DNA of 62,716 bases from Pseudomonadota bacterium. GTDB taxonomy: Bacteria > Pseudomonadota > Gammaproteobacteria > Steroidobacterales > JBCCMA01. A program made the translations under genes and the position numbers. Below, in pieces: positions 17,489 to 26,890 of this stretch; position 1 is the first letter of the stretch, and each line of letters begins with the position of its first letter. The notes beneath the pieces were generated by a model that was not told the DNA's origin, ran no database searches, and worked only from the letters and a program-made list of their open reading frames with translations. The stretch is from contig JBCCMA010000003.1 of the NCBI GenBank assembly GCA_039026595.1, positions 1-62,716 on the forward strand. Direction: 5' to 3'.

Positions 17489-18062
17489 AGGTCGCGCTCA
17501 GCGCCACGCGCTTCAGTTCGACGGGCGCACAGCAGCCATCGTCAAAGTCGCAGGCGGCCGCCAGACCGGCCCGCGCGATGTCTTCGGGATCATCGCAGCG
17601 ATCGTACAGCGCGTGCATGGCCCCGATCGCGAGGCGCTTGCCGGACCCTATGGCCCAGAACCGGGTGTATTCGGCTACAGATCGATAGCTCTCAAGCTCA
17701 AACAAGCCGTTGCGGTTCACAATCAACGCACTGATCTGACTCGACTCTACCGGCTGATCTTTTTCTTCCTGCGGGTCCATGAAGTAATCCGACTTCATCA
17801 CCTCATGCAGCGCGCGGGCGCTGTCAAAAATTGACGTGGCACTTGAAAAATCGAGCTCGACTTTTTTCTCGCGCACGACCGCGTCCAGAATATGCTGGGT
17901 GGCCGACCAACCTGCCATGCCCAATACACTGTCACCGGCCTGAACGAGTTTCGAATGGTTGACGATGTATTCGGCCCGTATGACCAGATCGTCTTCACTC
18001 TCGGCGGTGTCCGCGCCGATCACCGCCGTATCGCCCTTGCGCACCGCGACGATAATCGACAT
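17487..18062 (-). CDS. Proteasome beta-subunit-like Ntn hydrolase (BPH-like)
   Basis: (M)SIIVAVRKGDTAVIGAD (Asp17), NHSKL, MAG, ESSQISALIVN, RFWAIGSG, AACDFD; TGATG coupling fixes the start. Confidence 0.8.
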   Translation of the reverse strand: MSIIVAVRKGDTAVIGADTAESEDDLVIRAEYIVNHSKLVQAGDSVLGMAGWSATQHILDAVVREKKVELDFSSATSIFDSARALHEVMKSDYFMDPQEEKDQPVESSQISALIVNRNGLFELESYRSVAEYTRFWAIGSGKRLAIGAMHALYDRCDDPEDIARAGLAAACDFDDGCCAPVELKRVALSAT

Positions 18063-18406
18063 CAGTCCCGCACCCGCGGCGTGTCCGGCGATGCCTGCTG
18101 ACACTGCCAGCAGGTTTCAAAAGCCGCGGTATTGGCTTCCCCGCAATGGCTGCAGGTCCAACGCTTTCCCTGCGCCGTACGTGACTCGTATTCCTCGATG
18201 ATCTTCTTCGCTCTAATCTCATTAACCGGCGTGACAAACACGCGCGTGTCTGAAATCTCGGCAACGCCGGGGTAGGCGGCCGACAGGGCCCCGCCACGCA
18301 GTTCGACCTCAATGCCAGACGACTCGAGCAAACCGCGAATCAGATTGCCTTCAATCAGGTTCGCAGCGCGATGAACACAAATGCGCGTGTCGCGAAAGGG
18401 CCTCAT
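18062..18406 (-). CDS. DUF2007-like protein with C-terminal RanBP2-type zinc finger
   Basis: AANLIEGNLIRGLLESSGIEV plus WTCSHCGEANTAAFETCWQC (W-x-C-x2-C-x3-N-x6-C-x2-C). Confidence 0.8.
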   Translation of the reverse strand: MRPFRDTRICVHRAANLIEGNLIRGLLESSGIEVELRGGALSAAYPGVAEISDTRVFVTPVNEIRAKKIIEEYESRTAQGKRWTCSHCGEANTAAFETCWQCQQASPDTPRVRD

Positions 18407-18837
18407 GCGCCGAGCGCCGCGCGTGCATTGCTCACAAGACGAACCCACATGTAGCCCACCACGCCCACGCTGGCAAAAAATGCGGTCATGCGCAGCAAGA
18501 CATTATTGATGGTGATGTGGATGAGGCTGTGCACCGCTCTGGCAACCACATAGACCCAGGCGAGCTGAACCATCAGATCGTCCGACATTCGTGTGGCGAT
18601 CGCTGCCAGACACACGGCGTAAAACAACACCGTCATCTCGAACAGGTTGGTGTAGTTGCGAGCCGCCTGCAGCATGCGCGTGGGTGCATCGTCCGCGAAG
18701 ATGTTGAGGCGAAAATCGCCAATGCTGACGCGTCTGTTTCGCGTTGCGGCGATTCGCTGAATCAGCATGACGGCGGCAACCAGAAAAGTGACCAGCACCA
18801 GTGCGGCCATCGGGAAAAGGAGGCGGATATCGTTCAT
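18403..18837 (-). CDS. MAPEG family membrane protein
   Basis: ARNYTNLFEMTVLFY, AWVYVVARAVHSLIH; four hydrophobic segments. Confidence 0.85.
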   Translation of the reverse strand: MNDIRLLFPMAALVLVTFLVAAVMLIQRIAATRNRRVSIGDFRLNIFADDAPTRMLQAARNYTNLFEMTVLFYAVCLAAIATRMSDDLMVQLAWVYVVARAVHSLIHITINNVLLRMTAFFASVGVVGYMWVRLVSNARAALGA

Positions 18838-18895
18838 AGCGCGGCATTGTGGTTTTGAGCAGTGCGAAGTGTACCCGAACGGCGCGCGCGGGCGC

Positions 18896-19843
18896 TCACG
18901 GGTTGCCAGCGGCGTCACGCGCCCTTCGGTACCACCAGCCGTACACCACGCCGAACAGCGCGCTCGGCAGCATGGCTGCAAACATCAACGAGATCGCGGG
19001 CCGGATGAAGTCATGGTGCAGCCACGCGCCGGGCGACAGTGACGCGTCTGGCGGACGAAACACCGGCGTGATGAAACCGTGGATGTTAACGAACGCGGCA
19101 GTAAACACGACCAGAATACCAAGCCCGAACACACCACCGCGCGCGGCGGCACCGACGCGTGTTCGCATCGCCATGTCGCGCGCCACGCGCGCGGACACGG
19201 CGAAAGACACCGCCAGTGCGATCATCGTTGCCAATACAACAGCCGGAAACAGTCGCGTCGGCGCCATGAGCACGATGGGCCAGCCAGCCAAACTGCCGAC
19301 GAACAGCAGGGCAAGCGCAAGTCGAAGGCCCGAACGACGAGCGGACGCGATCGGCAACCGCGCCGCCAGCCACCACAGCGCCAGGGACACAAGGGCCGGA
19401 CCAGGTAACAGGGTGCTTCTCGGCTGCGGTCGATCGAGCGCTTCATCAATGATTCCGGCCATCGAGTCGACCGCGTCAGACTCGGGGGTGACACCGTCCC
19501 GCGCCAGAGGGGCGATGTCCCGCTCGTCACTGCCCGGCCGGGTCAGCAACATGGCCGACGGCGCGCGCTGGCCGGGCAGCGTGATATCCGTCATGACCTC
19601 CGAAAACGTGCCCTCGGCGCCGCACGGCGTTGGCGGCCCGAACTCGATATCGGGATAGCGCTGTCTGAATACGTCGCGTCGGGCGCGCTCAAGCTCGCCG
19701 CACACGCCCACCCAGTATGGGCCTGCGACCCGTGAGTAGCGCGGCTCCGATGACCAGAAGCTCACGTCCGCCACCGTGGCATACAGGCCCCACACCAGCA
19801 CGGCGAGGGCAACGGCGATTGATCCCTTCAGAGGCGTCATCAT
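18896..19843 (-). CDS. Hypothetical multi-pass membrane protein
   Basis: N-terminal TM, a Cys-containing soluble loop, then about five TM helices; no family recognised. Confidence 0.55.
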   Translation of the reverse strand: MMTPLKGSIAVALAVLVWGLYATVADVSFWSSEPRYSRVAGPYWVGVCGELERARRDVFRQRYPDIEFGPPTPCGAEGTFSEVMTDITLPGQRAPSAMLLTRPGSDERDIAPLARDGVTPESDAVDSMAGIIDEALDRPQPRSTLLPGPALVSLALWWLAARLPIASARRSGLRLALALLFVGSLAGWPIVLMAPTRLFPAVVLATMIALAVSFAVSARVARDMAMRTRVGAAARGGVFGLGILVVFTAAFVNIHGFITPVFRPPDASLSPGAWLHHDFIRPAISLMFAAMLPSALFGVVYGWWYRRARDAAGNP

Positions 19844-19940
19844 CCGAGTATACCGAGCCGCGGTTCGGACCCTGCTACACTTCGCAAAAACAACAATAAG
19901 TGACGCGCGCAAGCGGTCACCGACATCCGGGGAGAACATC

Positions 19941-20771
19941 ATGCGCTGGGAGAAAGGCCGACGCAGCCGAAACGTCGTGGACGCACGGGGACGACGTGGA
20001 CGCAAGACCGCCACGCTGAGCGGCGGCGCGATCATTCTGGCACTGATCGCCATGTTTCTGTTTGGTCAGGACCCCGGGTCACTTTTGCAAAGCGGTGGCG
20101 GCACACCGTCGACGTCGGCGCCCGTTAATGATCCCGCCGAAGCACAGGTCATGGACTTTCTCTCGGTGGTCCTCGGTGACACCGAAGATGTCTGGGGTCA
20201 GCTGTTCGCGGCAAGCGGCAGCCGTTATCGCCAGCCCAAGCTGGTCATTTTCCGCGATCAGGTGCAGTCAGCGTGCGGCTTTGCGTCGGCGGCGAGCGGC
20301 CCGTTCTACTGTCCGGGCGACAGCCAGCTTTATATGGACCTGAGCTTTCTGTCGCAACTGGAGAAGATGGGCGCCAGCGGCGACTTTGCGCTGGCCTACG
20401 TTGTGGCGCATGAAGTGGGACACCACATCCAGAACCTGACGGGCCGAGCGCGGGACGTGCAGGACGCCAAACGCCGCAGCAGCAAGACGCAGGCCAACCA
20501 GTTGCAAATCCGGATGGAATTGGAAGCCGACTGCTATGCGGGCGTGTGGGCGCACCACGCGCAGAGACAACGCAATATTCTGGAACGCGGTGATGTCGAA
20601 GAAGGGCTGCGCGCGGCCGCGTCGGTCGGCGACGATCATCTGCAGCGACAGGCGCGCGGCTATGTGGTGCCCGAGTCGTTCACCCACGGCACGTCCGAGC
20701 AGCGCATGACGTGGTTTCGGCGCGGCATCGAAACCGGCAACGTATCGGCCTGCAATACGTTCGGCAGCTAG
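19941..20771 (+). CDS. Neutral zinc metallopeptidase (YpfJ/KPN_02809 family)
   Basis: MRWEKGRRSRNV, SACG..GPFYCPGD, YVVAHEVGHHIQ, ELEADCYAG, ESFTHGTSEQR. Confidence 0.92.
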   Translation: MRWEKGRRSRNVVDARGRRGRKTATLSGGAIILALIAMFLFGQDPGSLLQSGGGTPSTSAPVNDPAEAQVMDFLSVVLGDTEDVWGQLFAASGSRYRQPKLVIFRDQVQSACGFASAASGPFYCPGDSQLYMDLSFLSQLEKMGASGDFALAYVVAHEVGHHIQNLTGRARDVQDAKRRSSKTQANQLQIRMELEADCYAGVWAHHAQRQRNILERGDVEEGLRAAASVGDDHLQRQARGYVVPESFTHGTSEQRMTWFRRGIETGNVSACNTFGS

Positions 20772-21418
20772 TTCGTCGGCCCGCGTTCGAGTTTGTCGAT
20801 GGACACCGAGTCGAGCGCTTTTTCGATCGTCCTGAACGACACGTCGGCGCCCTCAACCGCAACCACATAGCGGTCCGCAACAAACACCACCTTGCTGCCC
20901 TGAGAGCCGCTGTCAGACTCATCGAAGGACTCGAGAGCGCGGTGGCCCTTGTAGGTGACGGTCCGACTAAAGCCGGTTTCGGTCTCCTCGTAGAAGTCCG
21001 AGTCGATCCAGTCGAGCGTCATGGCCGCCACACCCTGCAGAGATCCGATGTCGGCAACATTGACGGTCAATGTGCCACCGGCATCGTCGCGGTAAACCGC
21101 TTCGGCGTTGGACACCTGAATGCCGAACATACCGTTGCGAGACGCATTCAGACTGCTGCGGTCCAGCCCGGCAAGCCGCTTGGGCAGCACTTCACGCAAC
21201 ACCTCCGTCGACACCGTCTCGACGCTGTCGCCGGTCAGGGCCTTTGCAAACTCGCCAATAGCGGCCTCGACCTGTTCACCCGAAACATCGCCATCCATTG
21301 AGAAATTGATCTCGCGGTCCGGTTCCGGCGGCGGGGGCGGTGGCTCCGGTTCTCCGCAGCCGACAAGCACGGCGGCAATCGAACCGGCGAGTGCAAGTGA
21401 CAGGTAATCTGTTTTCAT
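20768..21418 (-). CDS. Hypothetical lipoprotein with Pro-rich linker
   Basis: Lipobox LVG-C, EPEPPPPPPEPD; ATGA overlap with the ctpA stop. Confidence 0.75.
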   Translation of the reverse strand: MKTDYLSLALAGSIAAVLVGCGEPEPPPPPPEPDREINFSMDGDVSGEQVEAAIGEFAKALTGDSVETVSTEVLREVLPKRLAGLDRSSLNASRNGMFGIQVSNAEAVYRDDAGGTLTVNVADIGSLQGVAAMTLDWIDSDFYEETETGFSRTVTYKGHRALESFDESDSGSQGSKVVFVADRYVVAVEGADVSFRTIEKALDSVSIDKLERGPTN

Positions 21419-22638
21419 AATGCGTTGACCGTGTTGTGGAGCTCATCAACCGCACGCGACACGGCGTAGTCACGTTTGGCCAACGGCGCGACAGCAGACA
21501 GACCCTCGGCGAAATCCGCGGGACGCGTACCGGTCAGCCGACGATCAGGCTGTATGCCCAAACCGTGAATAGAGCGACCCGAGGGGGTGTAGTAGCGCGA
21601 TGTGGTCAGCTTCATGGCGCGTCCCTTTGACAGCGGCACGATGCTTTGTACCGAACCTTTGCCGTAGGTCGTGTCGCCCATGATCACCGCGCGGCCATGG
21701 TCCTGGAGCGCGCCGGCCACAATCTCGGACGCGGACGCACTGCCGGCGTTGACGAGCACAACGACCCGAGCACCATTGGTCAGGTCGCCGGCGTGCGCGC
21801 TGAATCCGAAGTCGGCACTGTCTGTTCGACCGTCGGCCGTAACGATTACGCCATCATCGAGAAACGCATCGGACACCTCCACGGCCGCGTCCAGCAAGCC
21901 GCCGGGGTTATTGCGCAAATCGAGCACCACACCGTCCAGATCTCCGTTGTTAGTGTCCTGCAGCGCCAGAAGCGACTCGGCCACCTCACGCCCGGTGGTC
22001 TCGGAGAACTGACGAATCCGCAGGTAACCGAGGCCCGGTTCGAGTAACTCGGAACGCACGCTGTGCAACTCGATGCGCGTGCGTACCAGATTGAAATGCA
22101 GCAGACCGTCCACACCCTCGCGGCTCACCGACAGCCGCACGGGCGTACCGATCTCGCCGCGCATACGTTCAACGCTCGCATCCAGATCTTCGGGATCGAC
22201 CGGCACATCGTCCACGCTTTGGATCGTGTCCCCAGGCGCGATGCCAGCGCGCGCCGCCGGCGTGTCATCAATCGGCGCCACGATGGTGACGGACTGGTCG
22301 CGCAGGCTGATCTCCACGCCGATACCGGCGTAGTTTCCCTCAGTCGAGATGCGCATCTCCCGAAACTTGCGATCGTCGAGAAACGCCGAGTGCGGATCGA
22401 GGCTCTTCAGAATGCCCTCCACCGCCGCCTCGATCAGAACCCGATCGTCCACCGGCTCGACATAATCCCGTTTCACCCTTTCGAGCACTTCGGCAAGCAG
22501 CCGCGCTTCTTCCCATGACAGCTCGTCCGACGGTTCCGGCTCAGCATCCACATCCGCGTGAACACGCGGCAACGCGAGCGCCACACCAATCAAGGCGCCG
22601 AGCGCAATCGAAAGACAAACACGATGGATCTGGGTCAT
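21415..22638 (-). CDS. ctpA: S41 carboxy-terminal processing protease
   Basis: LDPHS, PDZ (AGIGVEI), LDLRNNPGG, SASASEI, TYGKGSVQ, YYTPSG. Confidence 0.93.
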   Translation of the reverse strand: MTQIHRVCLSIALGALIGVALALPRVHADVDAEPEPSDELSWEEARLLAEVLERVKRDYVEPVDDRVLIEAAVEGILKSLDPHSAFLDDRKFREMRISTEGNYAGIGVEISLRDQSVTIVAPIDDTPAARAGIAPGDTIQSVDDVPVDPEDLDASVERMRGEIGTPVRLSVSREGVDGLLHFNLVRTRIELHSVRSELLEPGLGYLRIRQFSETTGREVAESLLALQDTNNGDLDGVVLDLRNNPGGLLDAAVEVSDAFLDDGVIVTADGRTDSADFGFSAHAGDLTNGARVVVLVNAGSASASEIVAGALQDHGRAVIMGDTTYGKGSVQSIVPLSKGRAMKLTTSRYYTPSGRSIHGLGIQPDRRLTGTRPADFAEGLSAVAPLAKRDYAVSRAVDELHNTVNAL

Positions 22639-22722
22639 AAGGCCGAACGCCTCATATTCGGGTCGGCCTACGAACATAGCACAGCGTTTTGCTCGTCGGG
22701 CGAGCCCGTGCGCAGTCCACGT

Positions 22723-23895
22723 TTAGCGACCGGACACGGTCGACGCGAACCAGTCATGCGGGTTCAGTGGCTTGCTGGCGCGACGGATTTCGAAGTAAAG
22801 CGCCGTACGCGTCTGCCCGCCGCTATCGCCGACGGCGGCTAATATGTCACCTGCATCCACCCACTCACCGGCCTCCCGCGCCAACGATTCGTTGAAGCCG
22901 TAGAGACTGATGTAGTTGTCGCTATGCTCAAGTACGGTCAAAAGACCGAGCCCCGGCAACCAGTCGGCGTACGCCACGCGACCCCGGGCGATGGCGCGAA
23001 CGGCCGTCCCGCGCTCGGCGCCCACGAGGACCCCGTTCCAACGCACATCTGCGCTGCCACGCGGTTGCCCGAAGTCTGCCAGCAACTGACCTGTAATAGG
23101 CCACGCCAGCTCCCCCTTCAGCTTGGGGAACGCATTTTTGCTGGCCACGGGGAAGTTCTTGAGGATCGCCTGCAAATCTGCGATCAATCCCTCAAGCCGT
23201 GCCTGCTCGCGTTCGAGGGTGGCTCTCTCGCCGTTGCCCGTTTCGATTCTTTGGCGAATGCGTGCGATCAACTGAGCACGCTCGGCACGTGTTGCGGCCA
23301 GTGTTTCCCGCCCACGGTTTTCTGACGCGATTTTTTGCTGGAGCGTCGCCTCGGTCTTCACCACTTGTTCTGCGACCTGCTTGAGCGCTTCAAGGCGTTT
23401 GGCGACCGCCCGTATTGCTTGCGCGCGCCGTTCAGAGAACAGCCGATAATAAGTACCCATGCGGCCGACAAATGCCGGGTCTTCCTGATTGAGCATCAGC
23501 TGTATGCGTTCGCGCCCACCGCTTAGAAAGGCCGATCGCACCTGGCTGGCCAGCTCGCTTCGGTCCGCTGCAAGGGCGGCCTCAAGCTCCGCCTCGCGAG
23601 CGCGCAGCGCATTGAGTTCTTCCCGTGTTGCGTGGATGGCATGGCCGAGTTCGGAAAGTTGACGGTCGGCCGCCTGTACCTCGAGATCGAGTTTGCGAAG
23701 CTCGGCGACGCCGCTATCGAGACGGGTCACATCACGGGCGATCTGTTCGTTGACGGCCTCGATGCGCTGGCGCAATGCCTTAAGCCTTGCTTCATTGTCA
23801 TCGGCGACCGCCCAACCCGGCCACGTTGCCAGCACGACGAGCAGCGCCGCGCACCAGCTTGAGACACGCTGATCCGCGCGAGCCCCCGACATCAC
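22723..23895 (-). CDS. envC: Murein hydrolase activator EnvC family (coiled coil plus degenerate M23)
   Basis: Signal peptide, long coiled coil, WPITG..WNGV..GDSGG..LYFEIRR; gpmI-envC-ctpA synteny. Confidence 0.88.
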   Translation of the reverse strand: MMSGARADQRVSSWCAALLVVLATWPGWAVADDNEARLKALRQRIEAVNEQIARDVTRLDSGVAELRKLDLEVQAADRQLSELGHAIHATREELNALRAREAELEAALAADRSELASQVRSAFLSGGRERIQLMLNQEDPAFVGRMGTYYRLFSERRAQAIRAVAKRLEALKQVAEQVVKTEATLQQKIASENRGRETLAATRAERAQLIARIRQRIETGNGERATLEREQARLEGLIADLQAILKNFPVASKNAFPKLKGELAWPITGQLLADFGQPRGSADVRWNGVLVGAERGTAVRAIARGRVAYADWLPGLGLLTVLEHSDNYISLYGFNESLAREAGEWVDAGDILAAVGDSGGQTRTALYFEIRRASKPLNPHDWFASTVSGR

Positions 23896-25418
23896 AACAA
23901 CAAAGAGCGGCCGGACATCTCTTCCGGTTGTGGTAGCCCCATCAGCGCCAGCAGCGTCGGCGCGAGATCAGCGAGGATGCCGCCCTCACGCAGTTCGCCG
24001 TCCTGACCGTGCAGTACAAGTGGCACAGGGAACGTGGTGTGCGCGGTGTGCGGTTCACCGGTCTGCGGGTTGATCATCTGTTCCGCATTGCCGTGGTCCG
24101 CGGTCACCAGCATGACGCCGCCGGCGCGGGCCATGGCCTCGCGGACACGCTCGAGACCCTGATCAACCGCTTCCACTGCCTTGACTGCCGCATCAAAGTC
24201 GCCGCAGTGCCCCACCATATCCGGGTTTGCGTAATTGCAGATGATCGCATCAAACTCGCGGCTGTCGATCGCAGCGACCAGCTTGTCCGTGACCTCGGCC
24301 GCGCTCATCTCAGGCTGCAGGTCGTAGGTCCGGACCTTGGGGGAGGGCACGAGGATGCGCGCTTCCCCATCAAACGGCACCTCAACGCCACCGTTAAAAA
24401 AGAACGTGACGTGTGGGTACTTCTCGGTCTCGGCAATACGCAGTTGTTGCAGCCCGTGGCCTGCGACCACTTCACCAAAAACGTTGGGCAAGGACTGCGG
24501 CGCGAACGCGACCGGCGTATTGAAGTCCGCGTGATACCGGGTAAGACACACATAATGCTGCAACGACACGAATCGGCGCGGCGCAAAGGCGTCAAAGTCA
24601 GGCTCGATAAACGCCCGTGTCAGCTGACGCGCGCGGTCGGCTCGATAGTTCCAGAAGATGACCGCGTCGCCGTCCTCGATGATCGGCGTATCCGCTATGC
24701 GCACCGGAGAGACAAATTCATCCGACTCGTCGCGGGCGTACGCATCCGCCAAGGCGGTCAGAGCATCCGGGGCCGTTTGCTCGCTCATTCCCTCGGTGTA
24801 CAGCCGATAGGCTTTTTCGACTCGCTCCCACCGATTATCGCGATCCATGGCGTAGAACCGCCCGGTGAGCGACGCGATGCAGCCCACACCTTCGCGGGCA
24901 AGTAGCGCCTCCAGTTTTTCGATCGACGGTCCGGCGCTGCGCGGTGGCATGTCGCGACCGTCGAGCATGGCGTGGACCGCCAGATTCTGCACGCCGCGGG
25001 CGCGCGCCATCCGGATAAGCGCGTGCAAGTGTTTTTCGTGTGAGTGCACACCGCCCGGACTCAGCAGACCAAGGAAGTGCAGCGTTTTACCCGAAGCCCT
25101 ACAAGCGTCCATGGCATCGATGAGCGCTGGGTTATCCAGAACGCTGCCGTCGTCGACTGCGCGGCTGATACGCGTGTAATCCTGATACACGATACGCCCC
25201 GCGCCGATATTGAGGTGGCCCACCTCAGAGTTGCCCATCTGTCCGTCCGGAAGACCAACCTGCTCACCGGACGTGTGGATCAACGTCTGGACGCCCTCAC
25301 GACAAATGCGATCCCAGCCGGGCTTCTCGGCGGCCATCACCGCGTTGCCATCGCGGGCCTCGTTATGTCCAAATCCGTCAAGAATAATGAGCGCGACGGG
25401 GCGCGGTTGTTGGGTCAT
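23892..25418 (-). CDS. gpmI: 2,3-bisphosphoglycerate-independent phosphoglycerate mutase
   Basis: LIILDGFG, GQMGNSEVGH, GRFYAMDRD, AETEKYPHVTFFFNGG, TADHGNAE; start reassigned to MTQQPRP. Confidence 0.97.
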   Translation of the reverse strand: MTQQPRPVALIILDGFGHNEARDGNAVMAAEKPGWDRICREGVQTLIHTSGEQVGLPDGQMGNSEVGHLNIGAGRIVYQDYTRISRAVDDGSVLDNPALIDAMDACRASGKTLHFLGLLSPGGVHSHEKHLHALIRMARARGVQNLAVHAMLDGRDMPPRSAGPSIEKLEALLAREGVGCIASLTGRFYAMDRDNRWERVEKAYRLYTEGMSEQTAPDALTALADAYARDESDEFVSPVRIADTPIIEDGDAVIFWNYRADRARQLTRAFIEPDFDAFAPRRFVSLQHYVCLTRYHADFNTPVAFAPQSLPNVFGEVVAGHGLQQLRIAETEKYPHVTFFFNGGVEVPFDGEARILVPSPKVRTYDLQPEMSAAEVTDKLVAAIDSREFDAIICNYANPDMVGHCGDFDAAVKAVEAVDQGLERVREAMARAGGVMLVTADHGNAEQMINPQTGEPHTAHTTFPVPLVLHGQDGELREGGILADLAPTLLALMGLPQPEEMSGRSLLL

Positions 25419-25628
25419 GTGGAACGATTCCGGTCGGGTATTACATGCTTGGGCGGAGTTTAGCAGCGTGCCGGGGCGACGCGCGCCGACACCCGGCGAC
25501 TGGTGACGGGTGCTATACTCTCGCGCCGCGCAGCACCCGCCCGAGGCCCTGCGCCCAAGGCCCTGCGCACGCGGCAGCCGTGGTGCTGTCACCCAAAACC
25601 CACCCCGCCGGATCAGGACACGACCCAG

Positions 25629-26057
25629 ATGGACCGATTGCTTGAATTTGCCGCCAACCACCCCATTCTGGTCTCGTCGGCGGTGTTTCTGACGATTGTG
25701 ACGCTGGGCAATGAGGTCCGCATGGCCAGCCGACGCAATATCGATCTGGACCCGCAAAGCGCGGTTCGACTGATCAACGCCGGCGCCACCGTCATCGACG
25801 TACGCAGTTTTGAGCGTTATCAGAGCGGACACATTATTAACGCACGCCACATCCCGATGGATGAGTTGGCCGATCAGGCCCCCAGGAAACTGGGGGCGCT
25901 CAAAGACCAGCCGGTGGTTGTGTATGACGAAAACGGCGCGGCGAGCGCGAGCGCGGTGGGGATTTTGCGCGGTCTGGCCTTTGCTCAGGTGGTCAATCTG
26001 AAAGGCGGGTTGGTCGCGTGGATGCGGGATAACTTCCCGATCGAAAAAGGCAAGTAA
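25629..26057 (+). CDS. Rhodanese-like membrane protein (YibN-like)
   Basis: N-terminal TM, VIDVR..GHIINARHIP, NLKGGLVAW; synteny with grxC-secB. Confidence 0.88.
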   Translation: MDRLLEFAANHPILVSSAVFLTIVTLGNEVRMASRRNIDLDPQSAVRLINAGATVIDVRSFERYQSGHIINARHIPMDELADQAPRKLGALKDQPVVVYDENGAASASAVGILRGLAFAQVVNLKGGLVAWMRDNFPIEKGK

Positions 26058-26102
26058 CCGATCGCCATACGCACAGCGCAGCCCGCTCACACGGAGAGTC
26101 CG

Positions 26103-26354
26103 ATGCCTGCAATTACGATGTACACCACGCAGTTCTGCCCGTTCTGCGTACGCGCCAAGGCTCTTTTGAATAAAAAGGGCGTGGCGTTCAATGAGATTGA
26201 CGTCGCCGATCGCGCCAAGCGTGCGGCCATGACCGAATTGACCGGCCGCACGAGCGTGCCGCAGATTTTTATTGATGACACCCACGTTGGGGGTTGCGAC
26301 GACCTGCACGCGCTGGACCGCGAAGGCCGGCTCGACCCCATGCTGGGTCTCTGA
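26103..26354 (+). CDS. grxC: Glutaredoxin 3
   Basis: CPFC, TSVPQIFI, VGGCDDL. Confidence 0.95.
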   Translation: MPAITMYTTQFCPFCVRAKALLNKKGVAFNEIDVADRAKRAAMTELTGRTSVPQIFIDDTHVGGCDDLHALDREGRLDPMLGL

Positions 26355-26392
26355 GACCACCCTCTTCTAACTGAAATCCAAGGAGCCAACCC

Positions 26393-26872
26393 ATGGCTGA
26401 AGAAAACGCGGGCGCTGCGCCCGGACAAGACAAACAAGTCGGAATCCAGCGCATGTACCTCAAGGACTGTTCATTCGAGTCGCCCAAGGCGCCGCAGATC
26501 TTCCAGGGTGAATGGAAGCCCGAGGTCAAACTCAATATTTCCACGCAGAACGCACGGATCGAGTTGCCAGCCGAGACGCCGGGACAGGTTTTTGACGTCA
26601 CCCTCACCGTTGAGGTGGATGCACAGATCGAGAAGGAAACCGCGCTGTTGTGCGAGGTGAAGTACGCCGGCATTTTCTATGTGGCCGGTTTCACCGATGA
26701 AGAACTGCCGGCGGTGCTCAACAGCTTCTGCCCGACGCAGTTGTTCCCGTTCGCGCGTGAAGCCATCACCGACCTGGTGATGAAGGGCGGCTTCCCGATG
26801 ATCCCGATCCAGCCCATCAATTTTGACGCCATGCTGGCCCAACGCCAGCGCGAGGCCGCCGGGGCGCACTAG
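26393..26872 (+). CDS. secB: Protein-export chaperone SecB
   Basis: IQRMYLKDCSFESP, CPTQLFPFARE, GGFP..INFDA. Confidence 0.96.
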   Translation: MAEENAGAAPGQDKQVGIQRMYLKDCSFESPKAPQIFQGEWKPEVKLNISTQNARIELPAETPGQVFDVTLTVEVDAQIEKETALLCEVKYAGIFYVAGFTDEELPAVLNSFCPTQLFPFAREAITDLVMKGGFPMIPIQPINFDAMLAQRQREAAGAH

Positions 26873-26890
26873 CGCGCTCTGGCGTTGGTG

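Noticed and set aside
25629..26057. Rhodanese with Asp in place of the active-site Cys (VVVYDENG)
   Set aside because: Non-catalytic variants are common among YibN-like proteins at this locus.
25419..26360. N-terminal extensions in the ORF track (822-aa gpmI; also 719-aa glnA, 413-aa ntrB, 664-aa tamA) as fusions
   Set aside because: They overlap real divergent genes or promoters; family-typical starts lie downstream.
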